Shown here piece by piece: positions 1 through 14,628 of a stretch of DNA of 64,000 nt. Position 1 is the stretch's first letter. Every line of letters begins with the position of its first letter. The DNA lies in the NCBI GenBank assembly GCA_028534125.1, contig CM052817.1:36644001-36708000 (forward strand), in the 5' to 3' direction. The translations under genes and the position numbers were made by a program. The DNA is from Lama glama (lineage: Eukaryota). The notes beneath the pieces were generated by a model. It did no database searches. It was not told where the DNA came from and saw only the letters and a list, made by a program, of their open reading frames with translations.

Positions 1-1278
1 TGAAAAATTCCAGTACTAGGAGCCCTCCTTTCTGGGTTCCTGACATTCCCTTATATCAATACATTTCTGCTTACCTTTTTTAAACATTTACTTAATCCTA
101 ACCTCACATGGTCCTAAGTTTTGTGTACACAGTAGTGAATCTGCAAGTGAAGGGAACCAGCTACCACATTTCCCACCAACACTGAGCAAACAGGAATGTG
201 TAGCCTATTTACTTAATACACATACCTTTTCTGCTAGGGTAAGATCACATATATTTAAATGGTAGGTAATTAGCACAGGCTCTTACCAAAGTTTAATTCT
301 TCCATTTCTGAGTTTGAAAGCTACGAATCTAAACATTATTGAGAAAATGATAAGCTTCATGTATATTTTCTATAATGTCATTCAATAAATAAGATGTTCT
401 TCAAATATAAAAATGTTTTGTTTGATATTATTAGATGCTTTGATTTATTGTTATTTAAGGGTTTGTATGTAGAACTTTAAAAATCAGTTATAAGACTGTA
501 TTTTACTCAGCAATGCTGTGTGTTATGTATTAAGCACTAGGTTGGGTCAAGCTTAAAAATCCGTAGTCACACCAGAAATATTGTCATTGTTACGCCCATC
601 CCAGCATGCCTTGTGCCAGTTAGGAAAAGTTTTATGTGAACCTCTTCTTATGTAGCTGTCTCTTGCTGGAGTGATCCTTCATATCCATCGCAATACTGCT
701 TTTTTGTAGCTTTAAATGAAGATACCGATCATGTTTTATGCTTTGCTTTACCACATTATGCTATGTATCAGTTCCAGGCTTTGGGTTATTTTAAGCATGC
801 ATTCTGAACCCCAAATTATTCCTAACACCATGCAGAGATAGAGTGCAAACCCTTGTAAATAAATATTACTGTGTTATGGAAATAGGGACATGAGATGCTC
901 AGGGTATGTTCTGGTATGTTTACTGGTGGGAACATAACAGTGGTTGTATCACTGGAACAGTCAGTATGTACTGACCTTCCATTGTGTGCAGTTACAGAGA
1001 AAGTAAAAGCCTCAGCAATTAAAGATCTCCCAATTAAATGAAATGTATATTATAGATATATTGTCACCCCTTTAAAACCTTAAACAGCCCCAGCTCTCGA
1101 GAGGTATACACATACCAATTGGGTATGCTACATCTCCAGGGTAGTGGACGGAATTTCAAGAAAGAGTTGGCCTTGGCAGAAGTGGTTACAAGGCTGTGGG
1201 GACTTAAGGAGGGTGCTTGCTAGAATTCTTCATGAAATCACTTCACCAGTTCTGATTCTTGGAATTTGCTTTTTGTAG

Positions 1279-1368
1279 ATATTTTCGGGGCTGTTGGTGA
1301 ATCTCAGAACCATTGCACCTTGGCTCTCGTGGCTTCAGTACTTCAGCATTCCTCGATATGGCTATACG
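1279..1368 (+). CDS. ABCG2: ABCG2 (BCRP) coding exon 14: IFSGLLVNLRTIAPWLSWLQYFSIPRYGYT
   Basis: tttgtag| acceptor and |gtacgt donor; 90 nt; peptide matches the ABCG2 TM5/EL3 region as I recall it. Confidence 0.96.
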
Positions 1369-2232
1369 GTACGTTCTCCTTGTCACTGTGACCAGTTCAT
1401 TGTTCCCGTGTTGGGAATGGCCAAAATAATGCCTAACCACCTCATGTCCCCAGCCACGAGCTGTGCAGGTTTTCAGAGAATGAAGTAGAGTTTCATGTTA
1501 TTAAGCCTTGGGTCACCTTGGGAATCACTGGGCATCTCCCCAGTCACCCTGTTGTTGGAGGAAGGTAATGGGTGGGGAGATAACTCATGGTGAAGGAGAA
1601 AGAGTGACTAATTGATGTGAAAAAATACAGTGTTTCAGTTCAGTAAGGAAATTAATGAGAGGATGGGAGCCTAGAATACGTATTTTAAATCGAAAGGAAA
1701 ATTAGAAGAAAAACGAAGACCATGTAATTCTCATAGCCACTATTGGCTTTAGAAAGCTAATCATCTCCAGAGAAAACCATGCCTTAATGTAGTATAAATG
1801 TCTCTAACTCCCAAGAATTAGAACTGGGTTTGATGAGAATAAACAAGAGCAATACAAAAGATTCTTACCATAAATTACCAATAGTCACTGAGCACCACTG
1901 TATCATTTTAATTACAGTGTTTATGGGGTCATCACACTGGGGGAGAAAAAGGAAAGGACTATAGGGTAACAGAACCAGAGATCTCCCCTCTTGGCTGAAT
2001 ACTTAACTTCCTTTGTATTAGAAGCCAAAATCTTAACCCTGGGCCTCTTGATTGCCAGGGAAAATAATTTTAGCTGCTTTGGTGTGACAAAGACTGTGAA
2101 CATGAAGCTTGGTTTTTATTTTTGAGAAATAACAATGAAGATTAAATTCAGAGGATGGGGTTGTGATACTTCTTTGGAAACTTTTTGAAATGTAAAACTA
2201 TTTTCCCTGCCCTGCTCCTCCTTGTGTTACAG

Positions 2233-2315
2233 GCTTTGCAGCACAATGAATTTCTGGGACTAAACTTCTGCCCAGGACTCAACGTAACAGCAAACAGTAG
2301 CTGTAGCTTTGCGAC
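2233..2315 (+). CDS. ABCG2: ABCG2 coding exon 15: ALQHNEFLGLNFCPGLNVTANSSCSFA(T)
   Basis: ttacag| acceptor and |gtaagt donor; 83 nt; EL3 loop with Cys equivalent to human C592 and C603 and the N596-equivalent sequon (NVT). Confidence 0.96.
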
Positions 2316-4041
2316 GTAAGTTTGCTTCTTGCGTTCATCGTCGTAGTGGATTTGCTCACTGTTGAGACGTGATGCAGAAACCCCACCAGGCTTAGAGCTG
2401 GGGAGTCCTTTCAGGGACACTGACGTCTCTGAGCCTAAATTTTCTCATCTCTAAAGTGAGGTGTGCACGTGAAGGTGTCCTACAACTCCGAGGCATTCTA
2501 TTACGGTCAACATCGTATTTCAGTTGCAGAAATGTTTCTTTTGTGTTAGTTGTTTGTTTGGGGCCTTTTTAAAAGATCCTCTTGCTGCTAAGATTGTGGG
2601 TTTGAGTTTCTGTATTTTCAGAACATTTGAGTTTGAAATGAGCTGCTTTGACATCATAGCAAGGCCTCAGCAGTACTGGAACTGTATGGATTATTTGAAG
2701 GGTGTGGATCCATGAACTTAGGGATCCCTGCGAGCCCAACCCGTGGCCCACAGGAAGAGCTGAAAGGGCAGAGGAACAGAAAGGGAGTGAGCATTTTCCT
2801 GCCACAGTCCCGGTACTTGCCTCTTCCTCTTGCATTTAGGAAACATCATGAAATCAAAGTCTGCACAGTTGTTTTTTTTTTTTTTAAAACTGACCCAGCA
2901 AAGGGTGTATCCTCTAAAGAGAGAAATACATATTTCAGTAAGCTGAAAAAGAAATCCTTTTTCTTTTTTTGGTATAATATCCATAAAACAAAAATGTAGA
3001 TTATAATAAAATTAGAGGTGTTGTTATAAAATCAACATTTTCCTTTTTGGTGATTGTTGTTCATGGTGCGATTTTTAATACATTAATTAATGAGAGAAAA
3101 GAGAATGCTACTATCCTAAATCTCATGAATATTCAAGTAGAATATTCTTAATAACAGGACAAATGGCTATTTTGAAGTATTGCCAGAAAAACCTCTGTGA
3201 AGAGAAGCTTCCTTTATCCCACCCACTGCCTTTCTTTTGATCTGGGTACAACCTTTTTTTTGGAACTGCTAAATTCCAAGAGTCACACAAAAATGATACC
3301 AGGCAATAAAATGTGGTTTTATTTTTAGTACCAGCTGCTTTTCTGGCCTGTGGCGAGGCTACTCCTTCTTGCCCTCCTCCTGCTCCTGTAAACACTTACC
3401 TGGCAACTGGGCCTCCTGGTGACGTTCTGTGGCCCAGTGTCTGCGATGCTCACACCAGGCTTGGTGGGAGAGCTGACAGGGCAGCTCTGGCAGGAAGCCC
3501 TTACTCACCTTTTCGCCTCGTTCCCGAATTCTCAGCCTGAGTGCTTTTGTGTGGCTGATGTGTGTAATGAGCTCTACAAAGAGTGCCGATCATCTTTGTC
3601 AGGGCCTTGGATGTCATTTGCTAAAGCTGCAGTTTTCTCTGTCATTTTGAGTGAAAATTACTCAATACATGTTTCTGCTCTTTGACGTCAGCAGCACTGC
3701 AGACTTGAAAACAAGTGAATTTGGAGAGGCTGGCAGCTTGGTTCAAAGTGTGAGTCTGTGAACTCGGCCAAGTTCCATAAACCTTAGTCTCCTCATCTTT
3801 TAAATGTGTATAATGTCCACCCCATTGGGTTGTTTTCAGGATTAACTCAACTGTTATATGCAGGTTGCTTCATGGTATCTAGCAGAATTGTAAGTATCAA
3901 TGACTGTTTCCTATTATAGATAAAGGGATATTTATTTAAGACTTGGTAACCTATAGGCTTCTTTAAGGAACAGTGACTATATTGACTAAACTTTGACAGA
4001 TGCTAAGAATGAAGTCATATTCTTTTCCTGTTGAATTTCAG

Positions 4042-4189
4042 ATGTACTGGCGAAGAATTTTTGGCAAACCAGGGCATCGATCTCTCACCTTGGGGCCTGT
4101 GGAAGAATCACGTAGCCTTGGCTTGCATGATTGTTATCTTCCTTACAATTGCCTACCTAAAATTGTTACTTCTTAAAAAATTTTCTTAA
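4042..4189 (+). CDS. ABCG2: ABCG2 terminal coding exon 16: CTGEEFLANQGIDLSPWGLWKNHVALACMIVIFLTIAYLKLLLLKKFS*
   Basis: tttcag| acceptor, phase continues from exon 15, TAA at 4187-4189; characteristic ABCG2 C-terminus. Confidence 0.97.
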
Positions 4190-4595
4190 ATTCCTCTTCG
4201 ATTTACACAATTTACCCCACATTAAAAAGGGAGCACCTTGACTTCAGTATTCAGTGAAGTTTTGTTGGTTGTCTTCTTTTCACTTGCCATCATGCTATTG
4301 TTCAACAAGAATAATTTAACAGAAACATTTATAGAAATCACAATGAACTGAATTCTACATGAAAGAACCCAGGTCATAAACTAGTGCTATTATGTATTGT
4401 TAGTTCATCCAGTCAGAGAGTAACCATGGGGAAGAAATCTAGTTTAACTTATTGCCCTGAAAAAGAATTGAGTTCTAGAAACTTGTGGCAAGTTATTCAT
4501 GTCTCTGCTATCGGTTTCCTCACCTTTAAAAAGCATAGGTGGGTTAGTTGTCTTCTGGCTTCAATATTATATGAATCAATGATCTGCCATTATTT

Positions 4596-4611
4596 AATAA
4601 ATAGTAATAAA
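4596..4611 (+). terminator. Tandem AATAAA polyadenylation signals, likely ABCG2 proximal polyA site
   Basis: aataaa at 4596-4601 and 4606-4611, about 410 nt after the stop, followed by GT/T-rich sequence. Confidence 0.6.
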
Positions 4612-5454
4612 TGTATTGATGTTTTTGCGGAAGCATGAAATCCAAATCATGTTGGGAAAACGCAGTGTTGTTTATGGAGTTAAAAAGCCATTATGCTAGA
4701 AAAAGCTTTGATAAGCCTTTCAAGGTTATTCGACCTCACTGCGGTTTCCCTCTGGTGGAATGAGAGGATCGCAGGGGCCTCAGCTGGGCTGAGGACTACA
4801 GGTGTAGAGGGCCGGGACTGGTGACGTTCCCTTCTGGGATAGTTCAGTGGTTTATGATCTGGGTGTGCCTCATAGTCTCCTGAGGAATTTTGCTCCGATA
4901 CAGGCGTCTGGGCCCCATGAGCCTCACAGCATCGGGATCTCCAGGGCTACCTGCATGAAGAACTGTCCAGGGCAGGATTTGATAATTTCCGAGATCCTTC
5001 CCAGCTCTGCACGTATTTCAGACGTATTATATAGTTATTGTTATAACTGGCCCTTTACAGGTTTTTTCTTCCTTCCATATGCATCTCATTTATTTACACA
5101 GCTTCTCTTCATTCTAACCTTTACCAGTAATAGGGAAGTATATTTAAACTTCTTTTTTTACTGAAGGGTAATGTAGGGAAAAGTACAGTCCAGTGAATTA
5201 TAAAAGGGGCACACCTGTGCAGCCACCAATCCAGGTCAAAAAAAATAGGACATTATGAGTGCTGCCCTCCCGAACGCCCACCCAGCACGCCACCCCCAAC
5301 TCCCCTCCCAGTCACTTCTTCCTCCCTTCTCTCTGGGTTATGTTTGCAATGACACTTGTATACTCCCCTCTGTTGCTGTTGTCAGAACATCCCTACAGCT
5401 CAGTTTTGTGTTCCTATGTGTGTAGGTACATCCTGAATGAAGCTCCCCACCCCC

Positions 5455-5700
5455 TTTAATAAACTATGCATTTTGGAATAATTTTAGATGTATAGAAAAG
5501 TTGCAAAAATCATGTGGAAGGTATAGCCTTTGCCCAGCTTCCTTCAATGTTAGTATTTTATGTACCATGGTACATGTCAAAACTAAGAAATTAACGTGGC
5601 TACATTACTGTTAAACTGTACACTTTATTTAGGTTTCACTTTTCCACTAATGCTCTTTTATTGTTCTAGGATATGGTTTAGGAGATCCCATTTCATTTAT
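5455..5700 (-). mobile_element. Ancient L1 (L1MC-like) 3' fragment
   Basis: ataattttagatgtatagaaaagttgcaaaa...aaaactaagaaattaac motif typical of L1MC 3' ends. Confidence 0.55.
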
Positions 5701-7556
5701 TCCTTTTTTGAAAGTAAATACTTTTCAGTATTATAGGAATTGAGTGAACTGAGGAACCAGAATGTAGACCCGCTGTGACTGGTCATCTTGGAATGTCATT
5801 TAGGGTCAGTGGGTGCCCTGCCTTATTGTTGCAACATCAATCCAAGGACATAGTGTTCTATTTTCATCTTTGGACTTTAAGGAACTTCTTCCTTTGTTTT
5901 ATGATATTTGACTAACGCTTCATCTTGTAACAAATTATCACACCGTCTTTCTACCTGATTATTTCATGACCATCAGGGTTCATGAGTTTTTCCTGTTCTT
6001 GGTACAGTTCCTTCTTTTTACATAACCTTGGCTTACTTACAGTTCTCTGTATGTACTCTTCTTACACGGAAAGAAATATATTACACAATTCTCTGTGTAT
6101 ATGCAGAGAGAAATATATATTTATCCTTTATACACAAAATATACTTAAGAAACAATAAAGCCTTGACACTTACTTTTAAAATGAATAAGAATTTAAGAAT
6201 TTAAATATATCCTATCACACTTATCCTCCCTTTGTATTTCAATTGTTTTTATACATAATTCTTTTTAAAATTATCATGGTAAGAAATACATAACATAAAA
6301 TTTACCGTCTTAACCATTTTTAAGTTTAGGAACACTTTAAAAAGTGTAAGTAAACTTGTAAGTCCTATAAAGTAAAAAGGAGAATTTTAGTTTATAGAAA
6401 TTTACTTCAAAATAGATCTGTATTCTTTTGAATTTTGCCGTCATCTTCTTGGATGTCAGAAGAACTAATTAATGATGGAGAAGATAAATAAATTACTTTG
6501 GTTTAAGATAAAAGAAGCCAGGCTGTTGGACCCATGAATAGCCTCCTTTCTTTTCCTTCCTTCCTTCCTCCCTCAGAGCCCCATCCACCTCGCCGCGGAG
6601 CCCTTCATAGCCACAGTCTTCTTGCACACTTCTTTGAAAGCCCCACAAGAGCAACTGAAGGAGTATAAATAGTAGCTAACATTCACCTGTTCCTGACGAT
6701 TAAAGACTAGTTCAAACAATGTCTGTTACATCCATAGGAATTTGTCAAGCTAACCTGAATTGTTGCAACAGCTCGTCTTCACCAAGACAGTGCAGGAGAC
6801 AATCAGTGTCCCCACGTCACTCTCAAAGCTTTCTGTTTATCCTCAGTGGAATGAAGATCCCCCCAAAAAGAAAACCTGGAACCCCACCAAACAAAGCTAC
6901 CGTCTTGGTGTACCTCCTGGCCTTCTGTCTCTTTATACATACATTAAAAAAAAAAGTGGTTGACTCACATGTTGACTTGTAGTGTCTTTGTCTCTTCTAA
7001 GCAATATGAACATAAAATACTTACATTCGAAATCAGACTCACTTTCTAGACTGTGAACTTCCACATTTTTTGATGTTACCTAGGGTGGGGTTTCCCAAGC
7101 TTGCCTGATAGGAATCAAGATCATCTGGGATGCTTATGTAAGAGAGGAAAAGAGGAAGGAAACCTATTGTTTTTTGTCCCCTGTTGACTTAGAATCTCTG
7201 AGGAATAGACCTGGAAATTCCAGGTGATCCTTTGGCGAATACTGATTGAGGGTTGGAATAAACAGTTAAGTCTATTTAACATACATTCATTATGATTCGA
7301 CCTTGATCCAACCACTGTTTAACAGTTGTGTTCAAAGCTATCTATTTTGGTTTCTTTTGCTTTTTCTTTTTTTTCCTTCTCTCTCCCTCTTTTTTTTTTC
7401 CTTCTCTCTCTCTCTTTTTTTTTCACATGAAGGTACTGTGAATTGAACCAAGCACCTTGTGCATGCTCAGCATCTATTTTGTATCCACATAAGTACCAGA
7501 ATAATTTTATTTATTAATTTATTACCAATTTATGTATTTATTTATTTTATATAAAC

Positions 7557-8121
7557 ATTTTTTATTGAGTTATAGTCATTTTACAATGTTGTGTCAAATT
7601 CCAGTGTAGAGCACAATTTTTCAGTTATACATGAATATACATACATTGATTGTCACATTCTCTTTCGCTGTGAGCCACCACAAGATCCTGTATATATTTC
7701 CCTGTGCTGCACAGTACAATCTTGTTTATCTGTTCTACATTTTGAAATCCCAGTCCCTTCCCACACCCCATCCCCCTGGCAACCACAAGTTTGTATTCTA
7801 TGTCTATGAGTCTGTTTCTGTTTTGTATTTTTGTTTTTTGTTTTTAGATTCCACATATGAGCGCTCTCATATGGTATTTTTCTTTCTCTTTCTGGCTTAC
7901 TTCACTTAGAATGACATTCTCCAGGGACATCCATTTTGCTGCAAGTGGCATTATGTTGTTGGTTTTTATGGCTGAATAGTATTCCATATACCACATCTTC
8001 CTTATCCAGTCATCCGTTGATGGACATTTAGGCTGTTTCCATGTCTTGGCTATTGTAAATAGTGCTGCTATGAACATTGGGGTGCAGGTGTCATTTTGAA
8101 GTAGGATCCCTTCTGGATATA
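7557..8121 (-). mobile_element. Lineage-specific L1 3' end (ORF2 C-terminus + 3'UTR), running into the assembly gap
   Basis: ORF 7844-8077 MFIAALFTIAKTWKQPKCPSTDDWIRKMWY matches the L1 ORF2 C-terminus; T-rich tail at the left end. Confidence 0.9.
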
Positions 8122-8621
8122 NNNNNNNNNNNNNNNNNNNNNNNNNNNNNNNNNNNNNNNNNNNNNNNNNNNNNNNNNNNNNNNNNNNNNNNNNNNNNNN
8201 NNNNNNNNNNNNNNNNNNNNNNNNNNNNNNNNNNNNNNNNNNNNNNNNNNNNNNNNNNNNNNNNNNNNNNNNNNNNNNNNNNNNNNNNNNNNNNNNNNNN
8301 NNNNNNNNNNNNNNNNNNNNNNNNNNNNNNNNNNNNNNNNNNNNNNNNNNNNNNNNNNNNNNNNNNNNNNNNNNNNNNNNNNNNNNNNNNNNNNNNNNNN
8401 NNNNNNNNNNNNNNNNNNNNNNNNNNNNNNNNNNNNNNNNNNNNNNNNNNNNNNNNNNNNNNNNNNNNNNNNNNNNNNNNNNNNNNNNNNNNNNNNNNNN
8501 NNNNNNNNNNNNNNNNNNNNNNNNNNNNNNNNNNNNNNNNNNNNNNNNNNNNNNNNNNNNNNNNNNNNNNNNNNNNNNNNNNNNNNNNNNNNNNNNNNNN
8601 NNNNNNNNNNNNNNNNNNNNN
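8122..8621. other. Assembly gap (500 N)
   Basis: Run of exactly 500 N. Confidence 1.
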
Positions 8622-9080
8622 TTTTTTTGCTACACTTTCTTTTCTTCTTCGCTGGCTGGGCCTCTCTCTCTTTCGATTATGCATACTTGTAAAACATCAC
8701 ATGGGTTTATCACTGGGAGATAAGGAGGCAACGCAACTACACGTTTTGTGGGTAAACTGAACAGCAGATGCTTGGTGACCGCACCTTGACTTGGAAAGTG
8801 ACATTGTTAGTCACTGATTCTAATGCACGTCTGTTATTTATGTAATGATCTGTAGGGCTAGTAGTGAAGTTTGTCCTTCGTGCTATTACTCACAGTTAAT
8901 ATACTGTAATAACTGAAGTGCACTGTGGTAACTGGAAGTGAAGTTTGTACTTTATGCCATTACCGTCAGTATACTGTGATCACTGAAACCTGAACTCTGT
9001 TGAGAGGCTGGTGTTACTTAACGGCAACAACTGAAATTTGTGCATATCGGAACCAAAGTGCAAAGTGAGGACTGCTTGTA
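8622..9080. mobile_element. TcMar-Tigger DNA transposon fragment (MER82/Tigger13-like), truncated by the gap
   Basis: Ends in gcaaagtgaggactgcttg+TA, a Tigger-type TIR with TA target; internal gtttatcactgggagataaggaggc motif. Confidence 0.7.
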
Positions 9081-9981
9081 TACACCGTGGGGATTTGCTA
9101 GAATGGAATCAACTGTTATGCAAAATTCAGGACAACACTAAGGTTAGGTATCATTCAAGAGATTTTGTTTTACAAAGTGGACGTTCTCTGTTAGGACGTG
9201 ACACATGGAGAACACTGTCTTATGGTTTGAACCAAACAGAAAAATATTATGGTCAAGGAGCCACTGTATCTTAGCAGAATCATGTTAGGGAAGAAACTGT
9301 TTACTTAGATGTAGTTATTTGTTGTTGCTTAAGTTTTTGCTTTAAAGCAAATAAAGAAGTCACTTCCAGAAGAACAAAGTTGCCCAACCTTCCTGTCCAG
9401 CCCTCCCACTTAACAATTAAACACTTCCTGAGAAGGTGCTTCAGTGAAAGTTCTCAGGCTCTTTGGCTGTGGCCTTGCTTCAGGGACTCTTTTCTTTGAC
9501 TATTTTAAAAATTCCCCTGGAAGGTCAGGGATAACGAGCAAACTACAAAATATTTGTCTCTAAAGCTTCTTTTCTTTTCTTTTTTTAAATTGTAATTGAG
9601 ATAGAGGAAGTAGAAATGTCTTTATATATAATCTTCCCTTCCCGTTTATTCTGAACTCTGGATCTGGAAGTGAAAGTCAGCTAGAGGAGGTGTCAAAATA
9701 AATAAAGGGGATGAAACCAGCAGCTCAGCTCTTAAGAGGCAAAAGAGATTATTGAGAATTTCATGCCAGGGCATTAAGGGATTCCCAGAATTTAAGTTCA
9801 GGCTAGCAGTATTAGCCATCCCTAGCTCCAAGGCAGACAACAGTTACATTATTCCTGGAACACAGCAATCGATTCTTTATTTTAAACAGCGTCAGTGGAC
9901 CAATGTTGATTTGCAAATCTGACTGAAACAATGCTCATTTTATGCAGAAAATAAAACAATTCTGAGAATTAGGGTTTGTCA

Positions 9982-10083
<102 letters not shown>

Positions 10084-10599
10084 CTATTTGTAAATCAAAA
10101 GATGGTAGAGATTAAAGAAGAAACCTAAATATGTATTTTGCAAACACCAATCCAAAATTCAACATGTACCTTTTTCTTTTAAACAATTTGAATATTTTAA
10201 GAAGTCATCACTTAATAGTTTTGCTACCATACTCTTCGGGAAAGTTAGTTTTTCCACTGTCATGGCAAAGGAAAATGCAATGTATATTCTTCCTCACAAA
10301 ACCATATATTGTGATATATTTTGCAAAAAAAGAAACAGATGAAATACAACAAAATATTAATGTATTTACTTATGAATGGTGAGATTATTATTTTCTTATC
10401 TATGTTCTCTACATTTTTTTCATTTGACATAAATTATTAGGGTCACAGAACTCTAAATAGCTCCTCAGATTTCAATAGTTAACACAGACAAGCGGAATTC
10501 TATGCCTATTCCAAATATTGTTACATAATAATAGTTGCGATTTACAGAATACATTCTAAGGGGTTAAAAAGACCTCTGCAAACAGAAACACAATAGGCA

Positions 10600-10855
10600 G
10601 TCAGGAAAAGCTTAGTGGAAAAGGCAAACTTTGGAGTCAAGCAAACTTGAGTTCTTGCCTTGGCAATGCCAAGACTAAATTGTGTAACTCTTCTCTTCAT
10701 TTTAAAATTTGTTTGTTTTAGCATTTATAAAATGGGAAAAATAATAGTACCTCCCCAACAGATCCGTCGTAAGAATTAATGAGATAGTCTACGTTTAATG
10801 CTTAGGACAGGGCCTAATGCATGGCAGGTGCTACATAATTTATAGCTATTATTAT
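10600..10855 (+). mobile_element. MIR SINE
   Basis: ctttggagtcaag...tataaaatgggaaaaataatagtacctc MIR core. Confidence 0.7.
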
Positions 10856-11866
10856 TTGTTATTCAGTAATGGTTAGTTCATTTTCCTGACTTTTCCCTTC
10901 CCCACTATCATGGTTTGTATTTCCAAGACCACTTTCCAACAGCTTTTCTTGAAGCACCGCACCCAACTGATCAGGCCTTTCTTTACATGCTCTTCCTTTG
11001 TGTTTCCTTTTGAGCACGTGTTTTGTGACCATACAGCTGAGTATTTGGTTATGTCTGTTTTCCCTGTAAGTCCCCAGAAACTTCACGAGGGGAGGGCTGG
11101 CTTCTATTTTCCTTACGACTTGCATCCCAAGCACCCAGCACATTGCCTGGAATATAGTGGCTCAGTAAGATTTACTGAATGATTGATGAATGAGCAAATG
11201 AGAGCTCTATTATTATTATTATTAATTATTATGATTACTTTTAGATTGTAATCTACAACTTGATTAACTGAGCTTTATTTCCTCACATAAAGGTAAACCT
11301 GTTTCAATTGAAACACAGCTTCAGTTATTAATAAATATTTTAACTTTGTGATAATAATTAAACTTATTAAACAATTAACTTTAAGAAGGAAAGTATAAAT
11401 TGAAGAGGTCAGTAAATTTCCTCAGTGGTTTTTCTTATTAGAGACCATTGAAGACTTTGGTGATGTTCTTTATTTAAAGCATATGAGAAATTAATGTTTT
11501 CACCAAAGTCCATCCTAATATAAAGATTATCCAGAGATTCCAGAGGGCAGGAGTTTATCCAGCTTCAAAGGGTGACATGAGATTACAGCCAAAAACATTT
11601 TTCTTCAGTTATCCAAGCCTAATCGCGTTCTCTTGTTTAGTTCAGTGCCCTCTGACTTGAGTTTCTAGCTCAACGACTACAAAATATTTTTATTATGGGA
11701 GGCAAATAAGACTCAGACAATAATATATTTGAATCACTTGAAAAACAGATATTTTGCTTCTAGTAAGTTTAAATAATACATTTCTGAACACTAAATATAT
11801 CCCTGTTTCGTTTCTTCCATTATCTCTTGTTCCATGTTAGGCCCATATTTTTAAACCAGACTATGA

Positions 11867-11868
<2 letters not shown>

Positions 11869-11899
<31 letters not shown>
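11869..11899. repeat. (AT)n microsatellite
   Basis: About 15 perfect AT units. Confidence 0.95.
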
Positions 11900-11901
<2 letters not shown>

Positions 11902-14083
11902 CCCTGCTCAGGCAACTGTTTAACTTCCATAGAATTTCTTCATACTTTTCTATTATTACATAGATTGTTTAATACTGTACAAAATTTTAAAACTGTTACA
12001 ACGCCTTACTCTGGGCACTCTCTTTTGCTGGCCATTTGATGTCTGTAAACTTTTGAGCACCATTTTAGGAGGTGCCTTTTATTTTATTTTTATTGAAGCA
12101 CTATTGACTTACAGTGAGCTGTATTATTTTAATGAGCTACTAAATCTCTATGAATTAAGGAAACATATTGTTTAAGATTCTGTAGCAGAAATGAGAATAG
12201 AATACAAAATACAGGTCAGTTCCTGGCTTAATGCTTGATTCCACGGTCAGAGAGTTGTAGTTGAAGGAACCCCTCCCACCTTTTTTCCAGTGCAGGCATC
12301 TCACGTTTTATTTGTTTCCAAAGACTGCTAGCTAATGCCTGCAAATGTCTTAGCTGAGGTGGATTAAAGTGTGTGTCCTCTGAAAGGATTTCAGAAAATA
12401 GGCAGTGGCTGAGAACAGCTCTTGAAGGTGTGGGGAGAGGAAGGTTCCCTTAGCTGCAGGGTAGACTCCATAATGGGTGTCCTTCCCTGCTGATGACCAA
12501 GCTTTTGCTTCCTGGCTCAGCTGAACCACCACTGTGACTTCTTAAGGGGGCAATAAATGAACACCTGGCAGTTATCTCAGAATGGTCACCAACCCTGCAC
12601 TTGGCTTGCCATTTATGGAAAAAAAAAAAGATCTGTATTGACAGCAGCCTCCCCTCTCTCTGGAGGATGCAGGGAGAACAATGCCTTTTTGCGCAGTGGA
12701 GCAAGAAAATATTTCAATATACAAACACGAAAAGCTTTCACGTTCTAGTGATTGATCTGATAAAATGACACATAATTTAGGAGGTGCTGTCTACTAGGGG
12801 ACAACATTCAAATGAGTCCACATTTGAGCATCTCCATCTGCCACGACCACGTCCCTCACTTGGCAGACTGACAATCGAGGAAACTCTGATGGCCTGAAGT
12901 CCACTGAACTCTCAGTTGCTGGCTTTTGTTCTCTTAGTAGAGATTCAGGGATTCAGATGCTCCAGCATTCATAGTACTACCAATGCTGGAGAGTAACAAA
13001 GGCTTACTCTTCTCCCTAATTTTTAAATATATGACAGGAACCAGAAACTTTTAAGAGGCTTAGGTTTAAAACCATCATGACACGTGCACAGAGCAGGATA
13101 TAAAGGGACTTGCATGTGCTCTCCTGACTCCTTCAGTCTAATTAACGTACATCTGATTCTCAGTCAGTGAGTACCATGTACTTAACCACTAAATACCTGG
13201 ACCAACTCTGGAGCTCTTACAACCGAATTGCTTAACTTTAGACAAAGGATCTTTATAAAATCTATTAAAAATGGAAACAATGTTGTTTTCTTTTTTTAAG
13301 ATGATGGTTAATATAAGGAAAATCTTAAGTGTTAGTGTTTACATGAAAAATACCCACCACCTAGGTTAAGCTAACTTAATGCTTTCTTAGTGAAGTGGAC
13401 AAATAAATGTGTAAATGTTAAGATGAAGAACAAAATGTCTTTTTAAAAATCTTAACTATTTTAAGGCCAAAATGTTATTGAAGATGTTCATTTGTACCAA
13501 ATCCAAAGAATAAAAGAATTATTTTTGAAAATAATCTTTAAAGCAATTTCCATTCATTGTTAGATTTAAATTAAAATGTGAATATTCTTTGTAGGCAGTC
13601 TCCAGATGCAGTAAATATGAGTAAATTAAAACAAACTATCTTGTTCTTGACAAGCAATAATTCACTCAAATGTTACACCTGACACCCTGCATTTGGCTTG
13701 CTTTGTCAGTTTCTGTTTTTTAAAAAGAAAAGAAAAAGGAGAGAAATGTAAAGTCATGCAAGCAAGTGACCACGAAAGTGCTGACGTCTGTGTTAAAAAA
13801 GCACGTGAGCACATTCTACTTTTTAGGCAAAGCACTATTTTAGGTTAACTGCAAATCTGCACTTGATCTATTATTTTTTTTGTATTGAATACATATATAT
13901 AAATGAAAGAACATGGAAAAGATATTTGGTGAAGACTTAAAACTGCGAATGAAAAGTAAAATATGTTTTCTACTATCTACATTTTTCTACTTCCTGGGTC
14001 TTTTAAAAAAAATGATAGGGAACAGAGAGAGAGAGAAAAGAAAAGGTGATGACTTATGACTGTGACTTATGAAGTTTAAATCA

Positions 14084-14257
<174 letters not shown>

Positions 14258-14628
14258 CTACAATACAAAAACAAAGAATGGCCAGCATTCTTTTGACTTA
14301 ACATTTCTTAAAAGATGATTTCATACTTTTGGACACTTTTTTAATCAATGTAGAAAGCTGACAAATAATAGAAAATTGTCAATCCCTCTGGAAAACTTAT
14401 GCTACTCATATGAGCAATTAAAGTCTTTGAGAATAAAAATAATATGCTTTCATGCTAAATGTGTTATTTCCATTTGGTTAAAAAGAAAACATTATTATCA
14501 TTAGATGACTAATAAAGCAATAGGCTATAAAAATTGAATACATCATCTGGGTAAAATATGATAACTCTAAACTGTCACAATGGTTATCCTGGGTCTGAAT
14601 TTAAAATCTCTTTAAAAAAGTTTTTGGT

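Noticed and set aside
1..1278. ABCG2 exon 13
   Set aside because: No matching peptide seen; presumably upstream of the window
7844..8077. 77-aa ORF
   Set aside because: L1 ORF2 C-terminal remnant, not a host gene
8077..8760. ORFs of 227 and 197 aa
   Set aside because: Artefacts of translating the N run
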